Of a stretch of DNA of 55,512 nucleotides, positions 9,879 through 17,996 are shown one piece after another (within the stretch, counting starts at the first letter, position 1; each line of letters begins with the position of its first letter). The stretch covers positions 1 through 55,512 of the forward strand of contig JAUNAI010000001.1 of assembly GCA_030527705.1 (NCBI GenBank), given 5' to 3'. The notes under the pieces are model-generated. The model saw only the letters and a list, made by a program, of their open reading frames with translations. It ran no database searches and had not been told where the DNA came from. A program made the position numbers and the translations under genes. This stretch comes from Planctomycetia bacterium. Lineage in GTDB: Bacteria; Planctomycetota; Planctomycetia; Pirellulales; Thermoguttaceae.

Positions 9879-10063
9879 ATAGGAATATAACTATACTTAT
9901 AGGGAAACTGTTTTTTGATTTAATTTTATACCCGACACACTATAAAATTTCGCTTCTCCGTCGTTTCACGTTGTAGAAACGATTGCTGGAAGGACCGCCC
10001 TTCGAAAGAATTTTCAAGTGGAATTGGTATATCAAAAAATCGCATGTAACAAGGATAATTCAG

Positions 10064-12463
10064 ATGGCTCGAAGTAATGCAGTCTGGGGAATTGACGTTG
10101 GAAACTGTTCGTTGAAGGCAATGCGCTGTTTTGTGGAAGACAGCGACCCTTCCATGTTGGTCGTAGATGCGGTCGATTATATCGAGTATCCGCAGATTTT
10201 GACCCAGCCGGGTGTCAATGCTGACGAGGAGATTCGTGAAGCGTTTAAACTGTTCCTTTCGCGCAATAAAATTAAGGGGGACAAAATTGCAGTTGCGATG
10301 GGGGGGCAAAACGGATTGGTACGTTTCCTGAAATTGCCACCGATTGAACCGAAAAAGATTCCGGATATTGTGAAATACGAGGCAAAACAGCAGATTCCGT
10401 TCCTGAACGAAGTAATCTGGAAGTGGCAGCGTATTGGTCAGCAGGGGTCGGCAAGTGCGTTTCCGTTGGAAGTAGAAATCGGTCTTTTTGCGATTAAGCG
10501 TGACCAGATTTACAAGACGATTGGAACGTGTGACTCGCTGAGCATTCCGGTAGATAACATTCAGTTAACGCCATTGGCTCTGTATAATTATCTCATGCAC
10601 GACGAACTGCATGACTTACCGAGTCTGGACGATTATGACCCGGAAAATCCGCCACCGTACGTGGTGATTCTCTCGATGGGGACGGACGCGACGGACCTGA
10701 TTCTCACGAATGGTTTCCGCGCGTGGCAGCGTAACTTGCCGATTGGTGGGAATAACTTCACGAAAGCTCTTATGAAAGAGCTGAAGCTGACGTTTGCGAA
10801 AGCGGACCATCTGAAGCGGAATTTGGCGACCAGTCAGGATAAAGTGGCGGTTTTGCGTGCGATGCAACCGGTGTTTAATAGTTTCCAGAACGAAATCCAG
10901 CGTTCATTGGGTTTCTTCTCGAGTCTTGATCCGAACGCGCAGTATGAGCGGGTCATTGCGTTGGGGAACGCGATGAAACTGACCGGGCTGACGAAATACC
11001 TGTCGCAGAATCTGGGGATTGAGGTTGCACTTGGAAAATCATTTGGCAGTCTGGATACATCGAATTTGGCGGACAGTTCTCTTATTACGGAGAATATGTC
11101 GACATTCGGAACCTGTTATGGTCTGTGTCTTCAGGGACTGAAAAAAGGCTCGGTAAACACGAACTTCGTGCCGAGTGAAGTCGTGATGGCACGTATTATT
11201 AACGCGAAAAAACCGTGGATGCTCGCAGCCTCAACGCTTCTGATGCTGGGAGCGACGATTAATTTTGGTGCTCAGGTAGGCATTCAGGATTCCGTTGCGG
11301 AAAAAAATTGGCAGGTGCACGAGTCGAAAGCCGAGGGCCTTTCCAGTAAAGCGAAAGCGTATGTGGATGCCGTTACACAGCATGAAGCAACGTTCCAGGC
11401 ACTCGACGCGACAGGAGCGATATTCCTCGATAACTTTAAAAATCGTACTGCGTGGATGGAGCTGGTTCATGGGCTGAATTCATGTCTGCCAGTGGCGCCG
11501 AAGCCAGAAGGTGCGAATCTGACGGCTGAAGAAGTGATGGCGCGTGAGGAACTTCATATCGTGAATATTGAAGCGCAACCGCTCAATGATTTCGAGGCAG
11601 CGGAATGGATGCGGATGGCGCTTGACGCGACGGATGGAAGAATTCTTTCATCGAAATTGCGAGATAAATATGAAGCTGCGGTAGGTGGTAGTGGTGATGA
11701 AGAGGAAGAAAGCGCGGACGAAGAAAGTGGTGTAGATGCCATTATCGCGCAGGCTCTGGCACCAGAACCGATTGTTGCGTTGAGTGGTGAAGAGGGGGAA
11801 GAGGGCGAGGATGGTGAAGAAGCGGTTGCGGAAGAAGAATCTATGGATGAAGATTCCGAAGAAGGCGCGACTGCTAAACCTCCGAAATGCTGGGTAGTCT
11901 CCGTGTACGGTTATCACTGGCATAACAGTAACGAAGCGCAGGTGAAAATGGATACTTTCGTGCGTCGTAACTTCCTCGATAAGATTTCGGGTGAAGTGGA
12001 ATGTACATTTAAGTTGCCGATTCTGAAATCTGCGCAGGTTGTGGACCCGAATATGACGGAGCCGGAAACGGTGACGATGCGCGACTTGGGTGTGCGTTAT
12101 CCGATTCTGGTGAATAAGAAAATTGAGCGCATGTATGACGGCGCGTGGAAAGACTTGCGGAGACTTGAAATTCGTGATGAATTCCAGGATACGGACTTGA
12201 CGCGGACTGGTGGCACTAATGCAGCGATGATGGCGGAAATGGCAGCTGGTGGTGTCGTTGATCCGACCAATCCGCAGGCGACAGAAATGATGGCGTTAAG
12301 AATGGGAAGGCGGTATGATTTTGTGATTCATTTCCTTTGGGAACCGACTTCGGCAGTGGATCGTGCGGAAACTCGTGTCGCGATTCAGGCGGCGGAAGAA
12401 ACGCGTAAGCAGGCGGAAGCGGAAGCAGAGGAAATGGCGGAAGATGGGGAGGACGAAGAATAA
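10064..12463 (+). CDS. PilM-like actin-fold ATPase fused to a transmembrane helix and a large extracytoplasmic region (PilM-PilN / GspL-like architecture)
   Basis: I favour ATG 10064 (AAGGA RBS at 10050) over the ORF-track start at 9983. The N-terminal ~390 aa align to the PilM pattern (WGIDVGNCSLKA..., IPFLNEVIWKW, NLPIGGNNFTKALMKE..FAKADHLK, VIALGNAMKLTGLTKYLSQNLG). One TM helix (PWMLAASTLLMLGATINFGAQV) follows. The remaining ~380 aa contain coiled-coil-like sequence and a D/E-rich insert (about 11684-11866). Confidence 0.8.
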   Translation: MARSNAVWGIDVGNCSLKAMRCFVEDSDPSMLVVDAVDYIEYPQILTQPGVNADEEIREAFKLFLSRNKIKGDKIAVAMGGQNGLVRFLKLPPIEPKKIPDIVKYEAKQQIPFLNEVIWKWQRIGQQGSASAFPLEVEIGLFAIKRDQIYKTIGTCDSLSIPVDNIQLTPLALYNYLMHDELHDLPSLDDYDPENPPPYVVILSMGTDATDLILTNGFRAWQRNLPIGGNNFTKALMKELKLTFAKADHLKRNLATSQDKVAVLRAMQPVFNSFQNEIQRSLGFFSSLDPNAQYERVIALGNAMKLTGLTKYLSQNLGIEVALGKSFGSLDTSNLADSSLITENMSTFGTCYGLCLQGLKKGSVNTNFVPSEVVMARIINAKKPWMLAASTLLMLGATINFGAQVGIQDSVAEKNWQVHESKAEGLSSKAKAYVDAVTQHEATFQALDATGAIFLDNFKNRTAWMELVHGLNSCLPVAPKPEGANLTAEEVMAREELHIVNIEAQPLNDFEAAEWMRMALDATDGRILSSKLRDKYEAAVGGSGDEEEESADEESGVDAIIAQALAPEPIVALSGEEGEEGEDGEEAVAEEESMDEDSEEGATAKPPKCWVVSVYGYHWHNSNEAQVKMDTFVRRNFLDKISGEVECTFKLPILKSAQVVDPNMTEPETVTMRDLGVRYPILVNKKIERMYDGAWKDLRRLEIRDEFQDTDLTRTGGTNAAMMAEMAAGGVVDPTNPQATEMMALRMGRRYDFVIHFLWEPTSAVDRAETRVAIQAAEETRKQAEAEAEEMAEDGEDEE

Positions 12464-12595
12464 TTCGTCGCTATGGAGACTCCGAGAGCGGGAAAAAGGA
12501 AAGTTAATTGGAGCCTGAAACCGTGAACGTGGGGAATCTGAAGCAGAAACCTAACCGAATGACTGTAAAACCTTTCACAGGATGGGATATATTCG

Positions 12596-14644
12596 ATGAG
12601 TAAATTTCAAATTGCCTTAACCTATATTAAGAAATACATTTTTTGGGTGATTTCCATTATTTGCCTGTTGGTCACGATGATTACCAGTAGTGCAATTACG
12701 GGTCATAAAGCCGACAGTTTCGACTCGCGTAAATCGGCGATTGAGGGACGTTTTTCCGAAATGCAGCGTCTTGCTGGGCAGGATAACCCGAATGAGCCGG
12801 TAGTGCTCCAGAAGCAGGCGGATGTGAAGAACCTGAAGGATACAATTCTGGATGCGTGGAATCAGTTGTATCTGCCGCAGGCGAATTTTTTCGAGAATGG
12901 TTGGCCGGAATTCCGTAATCGTGATGGTCAGCTGGACGCGAATGCGTCGTACTATCTCGATGAAATGAAGAGAATGTGGGCATCACAGACGATTTATGAA
13001 TCGCCTGCAAAATCTTCTTTACCGGGAGATGTCGCCGACGCATATCGAAATTACGTAATGCAGTCGCAGGAACGTGATTTCATGAATCGTTACAAGATTT
13101 ATGTTCCGGAAAATGTTCAGGGAGCGAATGGTGCGGTCGTTGCGGCAACGATGCAGGGACTCACCGACGAAACCGGGACGGCTTCTCAGTTGCCGACAGA
13201 GGGAAATCTGACGTGGGATGAAACGAATCGACAGCAGATGCGGAATCGTTTTATGCGTTTAAGTCGCGCGATTGGTGATGCGAAAGTGAATTCGACGCGG
13301 AAACTTCTGGTGGTTCAGGAAGATATCTGGACGTATAACCTACTCCTGAATGCGATTACGCTCATGAATAAGAACTGTGAAGGTTCTCATGATGCGGTGG
13401 TAAAGCGTATTTTTGGAATCGATATTGCAGAAGATGCTTCTACGTTGAACCCGAATTCGAGTGGTAGTGGCAGTGGAACTAGTTCCCGTTCTGAACGCCG
13501 TCTGGGTTCATCAGGTGAGAAAAATGAGAATATCGTATTTAACGCGGAAGAACGTGTCGTTTCCATTCCGGTTCCGGAAGTGCGAAATACGGAAGAAATG
13601 TCAGAATCCATGATGAGTGGTGAACTGGAAGAGGAAGAAGGCGCTGGAAATGTCGATGAAGAATTCTTGGAACTTTTCGATTATCGTTATTGCGATATTT
13701 ATGGAAATTTCATGTCGGCAGATCAACTTACGGAGTTTTTGAAAACGAAACCGGAATATAAATTGATGCCGGTTCACGTACATATTTTGATTGCGCAGGA
13801 GCAGATTCCGCAGTTTATGTTGAATTGTCTGAACGCGGACATGCCGATTTATATTCATCAGATCAGTGTTCGTGCACGTGATCTGGACGCAGTTCCCCAT
13901 CAGTTGACGATTGAACCGGAATTACCGACGACGAGTGAGGATGGAACTGGAATGGCTCCGGTACGGCCAACACGTACTGAGCGTAGAACTGCAACGCAGA
14001 CTCCGACTGGTAATCAGGAAGGAATTACTGAGGCGATGGGGGGTACGACGACTAGCAGTCTGACGGGAGAAGTCGATAAACGGAAGCCGGGTGATGTAGA
14101 ATTCCAGCTGTGGGGCATGGTCTGTGTGTTTAATGCGCCGGACGAGAGTAAGTATGATGAGATTCTCGGTGAAAGTTCGGAAGATAGTGATGAAGAGGCG
14201 GATTCCGAAGATAGCGATGAGGAAGAATCTGACAGCGAAGATGGTGAGGATTCTGAAGCCAGTGAGGATAGCGATTCTGAAAGTTCGGATGACGCTGATG
14301 AGGCGGAAGAGTCGGACGCCAGCGACGATACGGATGAGGTTACCGATGAATCTGCGGATGAATCAGAAGACGTAAGCGACGCGGAGGCTGAGGCTGAAAC
14401 TGATGCGGAGGCGGATGCTGTGGAAGCAGAATCGGAAGACTCTGGAGCGGTAACAGATGAAGAAGCGGTGGAAGATGACGCGGAAACGGTAGAGGAATCT
14501 GAGGAAGAATCTTCTGAAGATTCATCAGAGAAATCAGTTGCTGAGGAGTCTGCTACTGAGGAAGCCACGGAAGATACTGAAGAGGCGGAAGAGGCAGAGA
14601 ATGCTGAGGCCGCAGACGCGGAAGCCGAGGAAACGGAAGAGTAA
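12596..14644 (+). CDS. large bitopic membrane protein (N-terminal TM anchor) with a 157-aa polyacidic C-terminal tail; function unknown
   Basis: 682 aa. TM helix YIFWVISIICLLVTMITSSAI is near the N-terminus. The central region has ordinary composition. The tail (14171-14641) is almost only D/E/S/A/T/V with a single Lys. Confidence 0.8.
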   Translation: MSKFQIALTYIKKYIFWVISIICLLVTMITSSAITGHKADSFDSRKSAIEGRFSEMQRLAGQDNPNEPVVLQKQADVKNLKDTILDAWNQLYLPQANFFENGWPEFRNRDGQLDANASYYLDEMKRMWASQTIYESPAKSSLPGDVADAYRNYVMQSQERDFMNRYKIYVPENVQGANGAVVAATMQGLTDETGTASQLPTEGNLTWDETNRQQMRNRFMRLSRAIGDAKVNSTRKLLVVQEDIWTYNLLLNAITLMNKNCEGSHDAVVKRIFGIDIAEDASTLNPNSSGSGSGTSSRSERRLGSSGEKNENIVFNAEERVVSIPVPEVRNTEEMSESMMSGELEEEEGAGNVDEEFLELFDYRYCDIYGNFMSADQLTEFLKTKPEYKLMPVHVHILIAQEQIPQFMLNCLNADMPIYIHQISVRARDLDAVPHQLTIEPELPTTSEDGTGMAPVRPTRTERRTATQTPTGNQEGITEAMGGTTTSSLTGEVDKRKPGDVEFQLWGMVCVFNAPDESKYDEILGESSEDSDEEADSEDSDEEESDSEDGEDSEASEDSDSESSDDADEAEESDASDDTDEVTDESADESEDVSDAEAEAETDAEADAVEAESEDSGAVTDEEAVEDDAETVEESEEESSEDSSEKSVAEESATEEATEDTEEAEEAENAEAADAEAEETEE

Positions 14645-14685
14645 TATCAAGTTGGGGACCGCTGGTCCGTGGGGAATTCAGGGAG

Positions 14686-14720
14686 GTTTCCAGAATTTAA
14701 CAGAGTAGTTCTGGAAACCC
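14686..14720 (+). other. perfect 11-bp intercistronic stem-loop between operon genes 2 and 3
   Basis: GGTTTCCAGAA (14686-14696) / TTCTGGAAACC (14710-14720) with a 13-nt loop and no T-run afterwards. Confidence 0.6.
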
Positions 14721-14760
14721 CTTAAAACTCGATAAAAATCAAAATATACAGGAATAAACG

Positions 14761-16944
14761 ATGAAGGGTAAATTGGATGCAGATAAGCTGAAGGAGCTGT
14801 GTATTAATCATTTTGAGAAGGTGATTTTCGCTCTTTTAGTTATGTTTTTTCTGTCGATGGTCCTTTCGGCCTTGAAGGTAGAACCCTACACGAAAAAACC
14901 GGAGGAACTCAGCTCGGCCTGTAGTCGGGCGGAATCGAAATTGAACGAGGAACAGGAAGTTATCCCGGTTGAGCGGAATTATGACAGCTTGATTAATGGG
15001 ATTCAGGAACAGTTGCCGAGTGCGAATTATATGACGACAGCGGCGTGGAATCCGATTCTCTCGAAAGAGGGGCAGAAGCGTCGTGCTCCGCGTGCGTTGG
15101 CAATTCAGAATCTGCAGGTCTGTGAGTGGCATGGAAGTGTTCAGAAACCACAGCGTTCAGCAGAAGAGATGGAAGAAGAACCGGTTTTTGATGACGGTTT
15201 CGGTGGTGTAGAACGGAGCACGACTGAGGGTGTGCGTTGTTGTATCCTGATTGGTGAGTTGCCGAAACTGGAACAGGAAACAGAATTTGCGAATAAGTTA
15301 GGGACACCGTTACTTTCGGATTCTCGTACTGGGATGTATGCAGGAATGAATGGTCAGACAGCGGATGGTCCGTTCTATTATGATTATACGGTGGAACGTG
15401 CGCTGGTGCCGGCCGATGGCGACTTGGAGAAGATTAAGGAACAGGACTGGGTGGATTTACGGAAACGGCGTAATAAGAAGTTATCTGTGAATGAATCCCG
15501 GATTCGTTATTTTAATGGTGATAGCGAGTTGGGTGGTCACGGTGGTGGCGGTGCGGATATTCCGGACAAATATCAGCCACCGCAGATTTATCGGAAGCCG
15601 AAATTGGTGGCGACGGATACTGCGGATGGAAAGAAGACTGGTCGAAATGGGCGACAGTCTGTGAATTCGAACATGGTTCCTGGTATGGAAATGGGCGTGA
15701 ATGGAATGATGACGAATGGACTCGTTCCTGCGAAAGACGCAACGCTTATGGTTCCGTTGCCGCAAGTGGTGCAGTCGAGTAATCAGACACAGTTTAACTG
15801 GAATGTGTATCTTCCATATCCAGAAGAATTCGAGTTGGATTTAATGGTCGATGGTCAGCGTGTCCGAAAGTCGAAATCTGCGGATGATGACGCGGATGGT
15901 GAAGAAGATGAAGACGCGGAAGACGGTGAGGAAGATGAAGATTATGATGATGAAGAAGACGATGAAAAACTGGAAGCTATAGACCCGACGATGATGGGTG
16001 GTGAAATGGAAAAGGCGGCGGACGTGAGCCTGTTCCGTTATGTCGACTACACGGTCGAGCCGGGTAAACAGTATGTTTATCGAGTGAAAGTTCAGCTTCA
16101 TAATCCGAACTACCAGTATGAGCCGGCGTTTAATCTGGAAAACCCAGATGATGGAAAGGTGAAATATCTGGAGAGCGACTGGTCGAATGTGACGCTACCG
16201 GTCTCGATTCCTCTGGATAATCATTTCTATTTGGCTGGTTTCAGCAAGTTTTATCCTCGGACGGCGGCGGATCGGAAAGACCCGAAAATCAAGAAGTGGT
16301 CTCCGTATGTGAGCCTGATGCCGGTGAAATTTAATGAGGATAACGGTAATGAAGACTTCACACACTTTGATGAAATCACGGTTCGACTGGAACAGGTGAA
16401 AAAATCGTCGAAGAAAAAGAAGGTTGTGAAGAAGGAAGAGCCGATGCGTCTGGCACCGGGACAGTTACTGAACTTGCTGGTGGAAGAAGACACGATTCGT
16501 CAGCTCGGAAATATGAGCTATCAGACAACTTCCTACGGAAATCGTTTTGAGGATGAAGAGGAAGAGAAAGATCTGAAACAGTTCAACACGGGATTCATTT
16601 TATTGGATGTACGTGGTGGTGACGAGTTGTACGCGCCGATTGATGAAAAAGATTTTGAAGGTGCGGACGAGGCGATCAAGAAGAATCCGCGTGGGATTTA
16701 CTCACCATCGATGGTGCTTCTGATTGGTCCGAAGAATGATTTTATTATTCAGTCGGAACTGGAAGACGTGGCGGACGTATATCGTCGGCGTGACACGATG
16801 GAAATGAATCAGCAGTTTATGGAAGACATGTCATCGACGCAGGAAGAAGAAACCCCACGTTCACGGCGTTCACGTCGGAATAAGGATGGTGAGGTACCGC
16901 CAGAACCGACTCGGAGTAGTTCACGTGACCGTCTGAATCGGTAA
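14761..16944 (+). CDS. large bitopic membrane protein with D/E-rich insert and possible Ig/FN3-like segment; function unknown
   Basis: 727 aa. TM helix VIFALLVMFFLSMVLSAL is near the N-terminus. An acidic insert lies at 15878-15975. The segment DYTVEPGKQYVYRVKVQLHNPN resembles terminal strands of a beta-sandwich. The C-terminus is basic. Confidence 0.8.
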   Translation: MKGKLDADKLKELCINHFEKVIFALLVMFFLSMVLSALKVEPYTKKPEELSSACSRAESKLNEEQEVIPVERNYDSLINGIQEQLPSANYMTTAAWNPILSKEGQKRRAPRALAIQNLQVCEWHGSVQKPQRSAEEMEEEPVFDDGFGGVERSTTEGVRCCILIGELPKLEQETEFANKLGTPLLSDSRTGMYAGMNGQTADGPFYYDYTVERALVPADGDLEKIKEQDWVDLRKRRNKKLSVNESRIRYFNGDSELGGHGGGGADIPDKYQPPQIYRKPKLVATDTADGKKTGRNGRQSVNSNMVPGMEMGVNGMMTNGLVPAKDATLMVPLPQVVQSSNQTQFNWNVYLPYPEEFELDLMVDGQRVRKSKSADDDADGEEDEDAEDGEEDEDYDDEEDDEKLEAIDPTMMGGEMEKAADVSLFRYVDYTVEPGKQYVYRVKVQLHNPNYQYEPAFNLENPDDGKVKYLESDWSNVTLPVSIPLDNHFYLAGFSKFYPRTAADRKDPKIKKWSPYVSLMPVKFNEDNGNEDFTHFDEITVRLEQVKKSSKKKKVVKKEEPMRLAPGQLLNLLVEEDTIRQLGNMSYQTTSYGNRFEDEEEEKDLKQFNTGFILLDVRGGDELYAPIDEKDFEGADEAIKKNPRGIYSPSMVLLIGPKNDFIIQSELEDVADVYRRRDTMEMNQQFMEDMSSTQEEETPRSRRSRRNKDGEVPPEPTRSSSRDRLNR

Positions 16945-16973
16945 TTGGTAGTGGATATGTGAGTGATTCACGG

Positions 16974-17012
16974 AAAACAGACGCGGAGCGTTTCGCGTCT
17001 GTTTTCATTTTC
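16974..17012 (+). terminator. intrinsic terminator closing the three-gene operon
   Basis: Perfect stem AAAACAGACGCG/CGCGTCTGTTTT with an 8-nt loop, running into TTTTCATTTT. Confidence 0.8.
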
Positions 17013-17116
17013 AGATACTATTTTTTATATTCTACTTTATTTATGAGGGGATTTTCAGAAAAGAGTCTGTAAAATGTTTCTTGTAAATAGGTTCCTTATT
17101 TTAGATTTTAAAATTC

Positions 17117-17923
17117 ATGATGATAACGACTCTTCCTGTTGGCGATCTGATTTTTCTTGGGACGGGCACGTCGCACGGAGTACCGATGATGGGGTGCGAG
17201 TGTGAAGTATGTCAGAGTACCGACCCACGGAATCGGCGTCTGCGTAGCTCGGTGATCTTGGGGTTTCCTGAGGGAAATCTGTTAATTGACACATCACCAG
17301 ATCTCAGACAGCAGTTCTTGCGTGAGAAACTCTGTTATGCCGATGCGATTCTGTATACGCATCCGCATGTTGATCATCTTTTTGGACTGGATGATACGCG
17401 GCTTTTTCCGCGGTTGAATGGACGGGAAACGATACCGGTTTACGCTTCTAGGCATGTTACGAATGAGATTCGGACACGTTTCGCCTACATTTTTGACCCA
17501 CGTGTTCAGGAGTTTCCGGCAGGAGGAATTCCGAAATTAACACTGAATGCTCTGGAACCTTATCAGGAGACGGAAATTTTAGGGCAGAAAGTGTTACCAT
17601 TGACGATTAATCATGGATTGATGGACATTTTCGGGTTTCGGATTGGGAATTTAGCGTACTGTACGGATGCGAAAGTAATTCCCTCAGAGTCGATGCGGCA
17701 ACTTTATGGGCTGGAAACGCTGATTATTGGGTGTCTGCGTTATGACCCACATCCAACGCATATGGGACTGACAGAAGTGATGGAAATTGTGAGCGAGTTG
17801 AAACCGCAACGTGTATTTTTTACACATATCGGCCATCGTTTCGACCATGCGCAACTCTGTGAAGAACTTCCACCACACATTCGCCCAGCGTATGATGGAC
17901 TGTATTTAAGAGGATGTTTTTAG
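17117..17923 (+). CDS. MBL-fold metallo-hydrolase (PhnP-like phosphodiesterase family)
   Basis: 268 aa with the HPHVDH metal motif. The N-terminal GTGTSHGVP...CECEVC is typical of PhnP-like MBL proteins. Confidence 0.8.
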   Translation: MMITTLPVGDLIFLGTGTSHGVPMMGCECEVCQSTDPRNRRLRSSVILGFPEGNLLIDTSPDLRQQFLREKLCYADAILYTHPHVDHLFGLDDTRLFPRLNGRETIPVYASRHVTNEIRTRFAYIFDPRVQEFPAGGIPKLTLNALEPYQETEILGQKVLPLTINHGLMDIFGFRIGNLAYCTDAKVIPSESMRQLYGLETLIIGCLRYDPHPTHMGLTEVMEIVSELKPQRVFFTHIGHRFDHAQLCEELPPHIRPAYDGLYLRGCF

Positions 17924-17949
17924 TGACATATTCAGCTTAAAAGTTAAAG

Positions 17950-17983
17950 GGAGATAACCTCATCATGTTACCTCCTTTTTTTT
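17950..17983 (+). terminator. intrinsic terminator after the MBL hydrolase gene
   Basis: Stem GGAGATAAC/GTTACCTCC (one mismatch) followed by T8. Confidence 0.65.
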
Positions 17984-17996
17984 CTCTCTTTTCTTC

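Noticed and set aside
9983-10063. 27-codon extension upstream of the PilM-like gene.
   Set aside because: The PilM fold begins with the GIDVG strand a few residues after M28. ATG 10064 has an AAGGA RBS, and the upstream part has none.
14014-14568. 184-aa Ser-rich minus-strand ORF.
   Set aside because: It is the complement of the GAn-rich polyacidic tail of operon protein 2, so it is an artefact of codon repetition.
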